From NCBI GenBank assembly GCA_964016885.1, contig OZ024743.1:115010001-115074000 (forward strand): a stretch of 64,000 bases of DNA. The letters are read 5' to 3'. Source of the stretch: Eledone cirrhosa. Taxonomy: Eukaryota. Below, piece after piece: positions 1 to 10,604 of the stretch. The stretch's first letter is position 1. Each line of letters begins with the position of its first letter. The notes beneath the pieces are model-generated. The model saw only the letters and a list, made by a program, of their open reading frames with translations, searched no databases and was not told where the DNA came from. Position numbers and translations under genes: made by a program.

Positions 1-66
1 TTGTGCCAAAAGTAGAAACAATAATTATGTATCATTGCATTTCTTAAATTTCCATCTTGATTATAG

Positions 67-108
67 GATTATGTACCAGAGATTGTTGTCTTTAGATGTG
101 AAATGCAG
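67..108 (+). other. candidate 42-nt internal exon of an unidentified gene continuing from upstream of the window
   Basis: Pyrimidine-rich acceptor ...ttccatcttgattatag| and donor CAG|gtaata. Open in phase 0 (DYVPEIVVFRCEMQ) and phase 2 (IMYQRLLSLDVKC). Followed by a 94-nt AT-rich intron-like segment. Confidence 0.35.
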
Positions 109-202
109 GTAATATTGATTGTTAATGCTTCTTTTATATTAATTTCATTTAATGTTTACATTGGGTTGACAACTCTAGTCATAATCAAATGTTTTCTTCC
201 AG

Positions 203-224
203 GAAAAATGCCTGTAACTTGTGA
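203..224 (+). other. candidate terminal coding exon paired with 67-108
   Basis: Acceptor gttttcttccag|G. Reads EKCL* (phase 0) or RKNACNL* (phase 2). Confidence 0.3.
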
Positions 225-456
225 TTTATGTTTTATGAATGTATGTATGGAGCGGTGTGTCATAGGGGCGCAGTGGTAACGTACTTGGACACTTTAAATT
301 TGGGTCTTATGTTGCATGTGTATTTATCCATAACTCATCATGGTGTCATAGAGGCGCCCTCGTCACGTGTCTTGTTCTCCATAAACCTGGTGGATGCAAT
401 CCTTTTCCAGGTCATAACATAGCCGAATTCTTCCGGATGAAGGAGAAAAAGTGAGG

Positions 457-556
<100 letters not shown>

Positions 557-939
557 AAAATAGACCCCAGAATTAGACAATTATTATTTCTTTGGACGAA
601 GATGAAATGCTAAGTTACCCACGACGGGATTTCACTTCGAAGCGCAGATAGCCAGAACGAAAACCGCAAATCATTTTGTTTGACGTTCTAACGATGCTGC
701 CAATTCGCTACATACTAAATAAAGAACAAGAATGTTCTAATAAACTACCTAGCAATGCCAAATGAATATAGGGCTGTGCACATTCAAGCAGCAGTAAAGT
801 TAAGTAATTACTGATAGCGTACAAAATACAAAATTACAGACAGCGTACAAAAAACATTAACATTTATCATTCCATTTCTAATTTGTACAACTAGAATCTT
901 GTACAACGATTTACAACACATGCAGCAAAATGTCAAACG

Positions 940-1070
940 TCTTGTAGAATAAATTATGGCATTCTTTCCGTTGTCCTGCACACTTTGAATTGAAATCTAG
1001 CTGAGGTAAAATTTGCCTTTCATCCTTTCAAGGTCGATAAAGATTATATATATAAAAAAAGTACCAGTTC
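940..1070 (+). mobile_element. diverged Nin/Deu-domain tRNA-SINE fragment
   Basis: Core tttgcctttcatcctttcaaggtcgataa...gtaccag. Confidence 0.7.
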
Positions 1071-1369
1071 AATTCTACCTCTGTATATCTTTCTTATTTA
1101 CCCACTCTCACACACTCTCTCTCTATTATTCTCTGGTAGAAATCAACTGAAGAGGGGATGATATCCTCCAGATTTGAAATACTTATAGCACGGTGAATGT
1201 AACAACAACGCATTAAAGAGTTATGGGTACATACATATATCTGCAACACTCCTATATGCACAAATCTAAATGTTGTGTTTTTATCACTTATTGATCATTT
1301 CCCATCATAAATCAATCGATATGAATAATAATCCGTTCACAGAAATAATACATATATATATAATCATCA

Positions 1370-2135
1370 TCTGGACATGCTTATTCCGTGGACCTCCAGT
1401 CTGTTCCGTCTGCCATTGCTCTTGGTAGATCTTCTTGTGTGTTCTCAAAATCCTCGCACAATTGCCTTATGTAGATTCGACGTGATCTCCCAATATTTGC
1501 ATACCCATGCTTCGTTTCCCGAAGAAGAATGTCTCTGATGATCTCATCCTTTATAAAATATACCGATATTTTGCTTAACTGATTTATGGTGTTTAGTGTT
1601 GGGACATTGAAGATAGATATGTTGAAACACGTTTTTTACATTTTGAAAGTTTTGATTCTTTTAGTTAAACTTCGTTGCTGACATTTGGAAGACTGTAGCA
1701 GGAGATTTTCCTTGTTGACCAGTTGACCAACGCGAGGTACAGTGCGTTTTGAGCGTCTGGTGTAAGAAAGGGTCATGATTTTTTATCGTTAGCTGCATCT
1801 TCCCTCTACAGGCACCACATGTTGCAGCAGTTGTCTTACTGAACTGGCCCGAGCCGTTGACATCGTAAGTTCTTCCACTCAGCGAGTTGTGTTTTCACTG
1901 TTGGTAGATAGCAGCTCTTGCGCCGAAACAAACACATCCATCCATGGCTTCACTGTGAACCTGGATCGAGGCTATTTCATCATTGAGGTTTACTCCTATA
2001 GGGTGATTATTTTAGTCTAGCCCCTGGTCTTCTACATGTTTGACATGGCTTGCCCTAACAGGAGATGAACTCCCGCCAGCATAGCTCTTAGTATAACTTT
2101 GCAGCACGGAACCCATGCCACCACGACAAGTTAAT
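1370..2135 (-). mobile_element. degraded RTE-type LINE remnant including the conserved 5' leader
   Basis: Minus strand reads cttgtcgtggtgg...gagctatgctggcgggag...cctgttaggg, resembling RTE-clade 5' UTRs. No intact ORF. Confidence 0.45.
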
Positions 2136-2149
2136 GATCATATTCAAAA

Positions 2150-2197
<48 letters not shown>

Positions 2198-2239
2198 GAT
2201 ATTAAACAAATGGAAACTATATTTATAAAACCATATTTA

Positions 2240-2301
2240 TTTCATTATACATATTTCAGGGATACCATATTAAAAATATGGCATGCCTTCTTCAGATAAA
2301 A
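2240..2301 (-). ncRNA. minimal type I hammerhead ribozyme (PLE pLTR)
   Basis: Exact reverse complement of the 4092-4153 motif. Confidence 0.8.
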
Positions 2302-4091
2302 TACAATATATAAGCAGTTTTATAAATAAATTTGACGTACCATAAAATATTGATCAACTTCCATTTAAAAAAGTTGGTTTGGTAGTGAAATGTTTGTAAA
2401 TATTTAGTGTTAAGTACAGTTAGAAAGAAAGACGGAGAGAAGGAATAAATGTATGTAAAGAAAAACAGAGAGAGATAGAGAGAGATATGGGAGAGAGAAA
2501 TAGTGAGGAGGTGAAAAATGAGAGGCAGCTGAGGTAACAGATGAATAATAATAATTCAACATGCAAAATGATAGATTTAGGGGGAGGGAGTACTGTAATT
2601 ATTTATATATTTATTTATTTAGTTATAGTGTTAAGGAGACGGAGAAAAATAAAAAATAACTAAAGAGAAAACAGCGATACATAGATTACATCATGTATAG
2701 AGGGAGGAGAAGAAAGCTATATCTAGAGAGAAGGATGACAGATTTACAACTTTACGTTATGTCCTATCAATTTGAATTATCAATTTATATGAATTGGGTA
2801 TTATACTGTAAATATCAATATTCATGAATGAGACATAGATATATAATGTGTGAAAAATAATGACCATATGTTTAGTTTAAAAATTCTTAGGTCGATATAT
2901 CAAAAACCTGAGATAAAACTTCAAAATACATAAGTATATATGTACTTTCCGGAAAAAGAAAGAAAGAGAAAAAGAGAAGGTCATCTCAAGTTCTAGTTGA
3001 CACTATAGATATACACGTGAGCATACGTGATCAGCTCTGTAATTTCTTATTTCACATGAAAAAATATTCCTTTGCGTTATAAAAGATTTTACTATATATA
3101 TATATATATACATACATACACATACATAAAAATATAAAATATATATTAATATTAATATTCCTGCCCTCACATACATGATTATCGTTCATGTATAGAATAG
3201 ACAACAGACATCAATATATCAAAACGCTAAGAATGCTTTCATCACTCCCTAGAGTGTCTAGGGCCTTAAAAAAACACAGTATGCCCCCCATATCAACCAC
3301 AGAAATCAACCCTTCCAATTTATCTGACAATATATTGCCAAGTTCATTAGAAGCAATCAGAATCAAAAGTAAACAAAAAACCAAAATTATTCAACAAGAC
3401 TTATTTACCAGAAATCATTTAAAAGATTTAGGAAACCCTGTTGTTCTACAGATGCTCTTATATTTAGTATAGAAGTTTATCTAGCGTAAAATTTATTCAA
3501 TAGATTGGGAGCATCAACATTTTGGGGTAGTTTAATTACATCATTAGTATATATTTATGAAGAAGGTTTAAAAAAGAAAAAGTTGAAGGAATCGTCATGT
3601 TTCATAATTAATTAAACAAATATCTTAACTAAATATACTACATTTTAAATTTATATTTATATTTAAACGTTGAGTTCAATCTATGTCTGCAGCAACTGAA
3701 TAAATTGCTCCTTAGATTAAGGGAATTTTTAGATTTTAATATAAAGAATATCTCCTCCACGCAGAGGTCACATGTCTCAGATGAGGAATTAAAAGGAATC
3801 CCTCTTGAGACTATGTTCCAAAACAACGAATATCCAACGTTATCATGTTTAAGTTGCCAGAGTAAGCCTGATAGTGAAGTTGAAGATTTTTTGCCTGGAT
3901 CTGTGAAAGAATTCTTATCTCTCTCTGTTTTTCTTTACATACATTTATTCCTTCTCTCCGTCTTTCTTTCTAACTGTACTTAACACTAAATATTTACAAA
4001 CATTTCACTACCAAACCAACTTTTTTAAATGGAAGTAGATCAATATTTTATGGTACGTCAAATTTATTTATAAAACTGCTTATATATTGTA

Positions 4092-4153
4092 TTTTATCTG
4101 AAGAAGGCATGCCATATTTTTAATATGGTATCCCTGAAATATGTATAATGAAA
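4092..4153 (+). ncRNA. minimal type I hammerhead ribozyme (inverted pLTR copy)
   Basis: UUUUAU-CUGAAGA-stem II (AGGCAUGCCAUAUU/AAUAUGGUAUCCCU)-GAAA-UAUGUA-UA-AUGAAA. Stem I is UUUUAU/AUGAAA. Confidence 0.82.
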
Positions 4154-4282
4154 TAAATATGGTTTTATAAATATAGTTTCCATTTGTTTAATATCGTATA
4201 TCTACTCCAAAACTTGTTGAGTGCTTTATATCAGTTATAAAATATTTACTCGTTGTAACCCAACAATTTTAAATAAAACTTT

Positions 4283-4344
<62 letters not shown>

Positions 4345-4399
4345 TAAGTTTAAAATACTGTAGCATTTCAAACATTCAAACATTGTATATATATATATA

Positions 4400-6300
4400 T
4401 ATACAATATATTAATAAATGGAAACTATATTTATAAAACGATAATTATTTTATTATATATATTTCAAGGGCAACCAAGGCAGTTTTGGTGCGCTTTCATC
4501 AGATAAAATACGAAATTTGTTTTATAAATAGTGACATAACCGTGGAAAACAACCTTGACGGTTGAAAATTCGCTGGATAGTGAAACATTTTATTGAGGGT
4601 AATTCAAAGTTCTGTGTGAATATGCAAATGAATGCCCGAAAAATTGAAAAAACAACCGTTTATTTAAATTACGCTGTGTAAATAAGAGAGAGAAAAAAAG
4701 ATGAGAGAGAAAGAAAAGAAAATATTAGTATATGTAGAAGTAGAGTGAAGAAATAAAGTGAAGAAAGAGCGAAGAAAGAAGCTTATCCGAGGATGAGTTC
4801 ATATAACGTAAATAAGTCTTATGTTTATGTTACATATTTATGTTACGTATATTTACTAACAATTGTTAGAGTTCTATTATAATAAATATTTATTTACTAT
4901 TATAAGTCTATAGAAAATTAGATATATAGAAAAAAATATATTAAAAATAAAGATATATTAAGATATATTAAAATATATCAAAATATATTAAAATATATTA
5001 AAAATAGATTTAAATAAATATGAAGTAGAAGCATAGGATAAAATCTAGATATAAGAATAGATATATGAGTGGATAGATGGGTATATCATGTTATAGATGA
5101 TAAATTATGAGGGATACTAGTTTATATTTAGTGTAAGTATTTAAATTAAATTAAATTAAATTAACTGAGTCAATAAGATTACTTATATGTTTTAATGTTT
5201 TACATTGGAAAAATATTGAAAAACCCAGTTTTGTTTATTTATTAGTTATTATGAGATAATTTTGACAAAGATATGTTTAAAGATATATTTAGCCAGAGTT
5301 AGTTATTGGTTATAACTCTAATATTAAATAGTTACAAAAAATTACAAAAAACTACGAAAAATTAAAATATTAATTAAAACTATAAGAAAATACTAAAACC
5401 ATTAAAAAATTAACAATTCTAGACAAAATCTTGAAAATTCCTGGAAAAACTTTGCAAGAGATTTTTAAAAGATCTCAAAAAGACTCCGAATGTACTCAAA
5501 AACCTTTTAAAAACATTTAAAAAGTGTTTAAAATTAATTAAAAACCTCAAATTATTCAGGAAATATAATTAAAAACCTAAAATTATTCAAAAATATAAAG
5601 AAATATTAAGAAATATTTAAAAATACTTAAAAATATAAAAAAATATTAGAAAAATACTAAAAAATATATTAAAAATATTAAGGTGACCCCAAAAATAGTT
5701 TTTTGGAAATAAGTAATTTAAAAAAAAAATTTAAGCAATTTTTCTAAAAAGATTATGATATATTTTGGAAGTAAGATAAATAAAGATAAAATATAAAGAT
5801 ATTTAAGAAGTAAAAATATTAAAAACTAAAGTTTTAAGAAGTAAATTATATATATTTAGGAAGTAAAAGATATTAAAATTAGAATTACATTAAATTTAAA
5901 TTTAAAGATTTAGAATTTATGAACATATATGCATATCATTTAAGAAATGTGATTATAGGTGTTTGGATAAAGTAAACATTATGTAGAGAAGATTAAACGT
6001 GTAATTATATTTTATATATAGATCTAAAAGTTGAGTTTTGGCGATGTTTAGAAGAACTAAATAAATTGTTACGTAAATTAATGGAGTTCTTACATTTAAG
6101 TATGAAGAAAATTTCTTCAACACACAAATTGCAAAATTTTGATAAAGCTGTTATTGTAATCAGGTGCTTATGAAATTATATTCCAAGATAAAGAATAGTC
6201 TCTATTTTTGGATTTTAAGTTCCATATCACGTTGGATAGACAAGTTGAAGATTTGTTTACCAATATTATTAAACGAGTATTTATGGTTATTGAAACGAGA
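4400..6300 (-). mobile_element. second 5'-truncated Hydra-clade-like PLE with a very AT-rich 3' UTR
   Basis: Frameshifted GIY-YIG C-terminus at ~6010-6300 (STCLSNVIWNLKSK...WNII...CNLCVEE...INLRNNLFSSSKHR). The 3' terminus is homologous to 2200-2260. Flanked by (TA)n on both sides. Confidence 0.8.
4446..4510 (-). ncRNA. minimal type I hammerhead ribozyme
   Basis: Minus strand reads UAUUUUAU-CUGAUGA-...-GAAA-UAUAUA-UA-AUAAAAUA, with an 8-bp stem I and a palindromic stem III/loop. Confidence 0.8.
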
Positions 6301-6752
6301 TTTATATATATATATATATATATATAATAGAACACAGAGATAAAATAACAATTAATGTTATTAGGCTCAAGCTTTGGGTGAAAAAGAGAAAAGGGTAGTT
6401 CAACGTGTCGAACATTAGACCTTCGCCAGGAAAGTACAAATAGAAATATTAGAAAAAAAGGGTGGCATGTGAGCCTGTGTTTGTTGTTTATATTTTTGTG
6501 TATGTATATATATATATATATATTCAAAATAGGATAAATACGATGGAAAAAAAATGGAAAGACAGTCAACCTTTGGAAATCAGTACGGTTTGTATTTAAG
6601 ATTTCTCATTTCTGGTGTTATTTTTGCTAGTAAATTACCCGATATTAACTATTAGGTACTTATATATATATAAATATTAAGCCCAATTACTACAGCGACG
6701 CCATACCAGATACCAGGTACCTACGTTCTTTCATTGCTCTGTATATATATAT

Positions 6753-6948
6753 AAAAGGATTCAGGACTCCGACGGCTGAGCTTCCACCGTTTCCACAGCT
6801 AGATCTGAACTGTTCGGATCTAGGTTTCGAAACGGTGGGAGCTTAGCCGTCTGGCTCCTGAATCTTTTAATATTACCCAATCTACTACCCCAAGTATTGG
6901 GTACTCTGGTGGGTTTAGGTCTAGCTGGTTTTTACCACACCCTATCTG
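6753..6948 (+). mobile_element. ~200-bp (TA)n-flanked fold-back element, copy 1
   Basis: Hairpin at 6753-6868 plus an ~80-nt tail. Homologous to 27970-28164 in the opposite orientation. Confidence 0.75.
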
Positions 6949-6964
6949 ATATATATATATATAT

Positions 6965-8726
6965 ATATTCATTAGTTAAGCAAAACAAGACCACAAATTT
7001 CACAAGGAAGACATTATTAAAAGATTGACAACATAAGGTATTTCTAGTTCTAGTGTTAAGTTCATTATGGTTGTGGTGAAGTACTGTGTTATGGCATTTA
7101 GGTACGTAGTAAATGGACTGTTCATAACCAGATTCAGAAAGAGCCTTATTATAATATGCCGCATGGTTTATAAATATCACCTCATTTGCTGATAGCATGG
7201 AGATCCTATACGAGATAGATTTGATTACTGCTCTGATGACTGCCGGGGGGGGGGGTTAGAGTGTGGTCTAATATATGTAAATATTTCACCTTAACTAAGA
7301 CAGTATAACTCCCACACCGCGGTACCACCACCCCCATCAAATACACCACGCTACTACACCAATACTTACTCTAGTAGCACACCTCCCCCGTCTAATCCTT
7401 CTAGCACTGACCAACCGCTTAGGTTAAACAACCCTACTCTCACTAACCGCAGAAGTAACTGCAACTGCCGTTACCCTAATGCATGCCCACTAAATGGACA
7501 TTGCCTGACACCCAATATAGTTTATAGGTGCACGGTTAAAACTTCTTGGCATACCAGCTCCTATATCGGTTCTACCTCTCAGCCTTTTAAGGTACGCTAT
7601 AACGCGCACTTTTTTTCCTTCCGAGACCCTAACAACAGATGTTCGAGATCTCTAGCTAGGCTCATTAAAAACCTTAAATTAACCAACATTGAACACTCAC
7701 TAACATGGGATATCTTGGCTAGGGCCCAACCGTTCAATGGACGAAGAAACTCTTGTGACCTCTGTCTTACCGAAGCATATTACATAACTCTATCACGACC
7801 TCTACCGATTAACGATAGAACGTAGGTAACTATTAGCTGTCAACATCGAAGGGCTAATTCCTTCGCCAACAGAATATTTGACCCAACATAGTCATCTAGC
7901 CCCATTTTTACTTGTAGCTAATAAGTTAAATAGTTATAGCTAACTTAGATAATTATAAGTTACCTCCCTTACATTGTCTCTCAATTAAAAAATTTAAAAA
8001 ATTAGCACTTTTTAACTATAAACTACCCACAATTTCTAATCCCTCGAGGTGTTACTTCCCCTGAAACCACCATCTAATTAGTAAGGTAAATATGTCCATT
8101 GGCGACCTTCTTGTTACCCATAGGCAGATCTCACACAGTGCAGCCTCGAAAGAAGAATACTGCTCGACTATGGCAGACAATAGATATACCCAGGACACCA
8201 TAGTGAAATACCAATATATGAAACATTACATTCATGTAACATTCTTTCCTTATTTTAATTTATATTCCTTTTGAAGGATGAGCTGCTCTATTCTTACCTA
8301 TGTTAATTATTTTCAACTGAACCAGATCAATAATGATCTATAATCATTTGATCCAGAAATATTATATGGAGTAGCGAAACAATTGTAAACGGACATTATT
8401 ATTATTAATATTATTAAAGGGCGGTGGATTGGCATATCGGTAGAGAGACGGACGCCATGCTTTCCAGCATAGTTACGTCCCTTTAAGACCTGAGTTCAAA
8501 TCCCGCCGAGGTTGACTTTGCCTTTCATCCTTACGGGGTCGATAAAATAAAATACCAGTAATGCACTGGTTAATTGCTGGCCTTGTGCCTAAAGTAGAAA
8601 CAATTATTATTAATATTATTATTATTATTCTCTACATTCCTTACATCAAACTAAAATATGTTGACAATCTTTTAATATCTTCCTTGTGAAATGTGTGGTC
8701 TTGTTTTGCTTAACTAATGAATATTT
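6965..8726 (+). mobile_element. rearranged Hydra-clade-like PLE (inverted RT-thumb piece, GIY-YIG endonuclease and 3' UTR)
   Basis: Plus strand ~7440-7891 reads CNCRYPNACPLNGHCLTPNIVYRC...YIGSTSQPFKVRYNAH...CDLCLTE...INDRT*VTISCQH. Minus strand 7040-7290 reads RISMLSANEVIF...YNKALSESGY. A ~65-bp inverted repeat lies at 6965-7035 and 8657-8726. Confidence 0.85.
8419..8605 (+). mobile_element. full-length Nin/Deu-domain tRNA-SINE
   Basis: A-box-like TGGCATATCGG, B-box GAGTTCAAATCCC, core GCCTTTCATCCTTACGGGGTCGATAAAAT, and (ATT)n flanks. Confidence 0.9.
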
Positions 8727-8904
8727 CCAGCTCTGTGCACCTAACCTCTACATGAACCCAGCCACCTAGCTGCTTGCCACTGCATATTGCACATTGAGCA
8801 CATGCCTTTACGCTTTGGCTTCTAACTAATTCACTAATCTCTCTTCTCCTCTCCTATCTCCTCTCCTATCTCCATCTCCCTCTTTAAGATTGGTTACTCT
8901 TGAA

Positions 8905-8952
<48 letters not shown>

Positions 8953-9760
8953 GGTGAGGATGGTATTTGAGGACACACGCATTTTTAGTCATATATATAT
9001 GTATACAAACGAGACAACAACACACGCACACACACACACACAGTGGCATTCGAACGACGATTGTTATTGTGTGTATAGCGCCCCCACCATCCACTGACCA
9101 ACAAGCAACAACCAGGCAGACTACCTACACTGACCAGTATCAAAGACTAAATAAAGGTAGTATAATGGATTAACAGCGAAGCACCATTCCACTCCCACAG
9201 TAAAGAGCATCTGCCTCGACCTTTGCTTGACCGCACCTATTTCACACGCACGCGCGCTCTACAGAATATCTCAGTTGCGCACAAATGGCGGTTAACAGAT
9301 AACTTTCCCCCTCGGAAAACCCCGCAGTTGATGGATGCGAAATCCGAAATATAGGGGTAATTAAATCTCTCCTCCCAAGGTAACTCTATCTCGTCTTATT
9401 ATTTGTATTTTTACGTTCTTTCCTACGTTCCTCTACACACTATACGTCTCATTCTTCATTTCCTCTCACATCACTCTCTCTTCACTACCGGATTCTGTTA
9501 CCCGGAGATTCACCCATCTGCATTGTTGAGGCTTCCAAAACGACCAAATATTATATATATATAGAGAGATTTTGACTATATAGATAACTGACCAATGAGA
9601 GGAGAAGAGGACCTTTGACACTGAAATTCGTTTGTTTGAATTCATATGATTCCAGTTCCTCAGTGAAATAACAACCCAACAAGGAACTGGGCATATCAGA
9701 GTATTGACAATATTATACACCTCAACAACATATGTACTTGTCTATACCATACTAATTCAA

Positions 9761-9815
9761 ACTGCCTGAAGAGGTCACAGCCAAAGATGGCTGTCACTGA
9801 AATATATATAGCAGT
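9761..9815 (+). ncRNA. minimal type I hammerhead ribozyme in a solo PLE pLTR (~9570-9870)
   Basis: ACUGC-CUGAAGA-stem II (G-GUCACAGCC/GGCUGUCAC-U, one mismatch)-GAAA-UAUAUA-UA-GCAGU, followed directly by AATAAA and then (TA)n. Confidence 0.85.
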
Positions 9816-9859
9816 AATAAACGAAGCTAAATTTTAATCATTTGACTTTTATTTAACTT

Positions 9860-9895
<36 letters not shown>

Positions 9896-9915
9896 TTACA
9901 TACTAACCAACACAA

Positions 9916-10028
9916 TACCAAAGGTTTCAGGAAACTAGACGATCCTTACAGAAACGTCCGGCTCGTTCATCAGAAGGAACGAGCCGGACCTTTCTGTAAG
10001 GCTCGTTAGTTTCCTGAAACCTTTGGTA
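9916..10028. repeat. 113-bp near-perfect palindrome in a short microsatellite-flanked element (~9890-10115)
   Basis: TACCAAAGGTTTCAGGAAACTA...GGCTCGTTC atcagaag GAACGAGCC...TAGTTTCCTGAAACCTTTGGTA. Confidence 0.9.
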
Positions 10029-10117
10029 CTATGCTGTTTATTATGTAATTAAATAGCTCTGTACTATACAGAGAGCACTCTTCTTTCCTTTACCTTTTCT
10101 ACGGAAATATTTAACAC

Positions 10118-10187
<70 letters not shown>

Positions 10188-10312
10188 ATAATAATACATT
10201 TGAAGACTAAAATCCAAAGAGGGCTAGATAAGGATAAATATATATCAAATATATAAGAACCGTTAAGAGTGAAAGCACCGATTCTTTGCTTAAACTTTAA
10301 TTTGTTATTTTA

Positions 10313-10354
<42 letters not shown>

Positions 10355-10604
10355 CAGAATACGACTTTCACCCCGAAGTTCGTTCTACCTAACATGCAGA
10401 TAGTACAAATCACACTACAGAATCATAGAATTGAAACAAAAATTCCCCGATGCAATTGGAGTCTAGTGAGGGATGATATCCAAATGAATATACAGTGATA
10501 TTCTTATGCAGGTACCCATAAATGGATAGAGATATGTATCAAACGTCCTTCTTCACACGAATACGATAAGTGGGCATTCTCACTTTTTTTTCATCTTCAT
10601 CAAA

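Larger units (their letters stand above)
2195..4201 (-). mobile_element. 5'-truncated Penelope-like element (Hydra-clade-like) with an inverted pseudo-LTR
   Basis: C-terminal GIY-YIG end at 3638-3910 (STSLSGLLWQLK...WNIV...CDLCVEE...LNLRSNLFSCCRH). Near-perfect ~285-bp inverted repeat at ~2193-2476 and ~3916-4201. Abuts (TA)n. Confidence 0.85.

Noticed and set aside
6395-6435. hammerhead-like CUGGCGA...GACACGUU on the minus strand
   Set aside because: Both catalytic boxes are mutated, so it is at most a dead pLTR remnant.
8419-8510. tRNA gene (A and B boxes)
   Set aside because: There is no cloverleaf. It is the head of a high-copy SINE.
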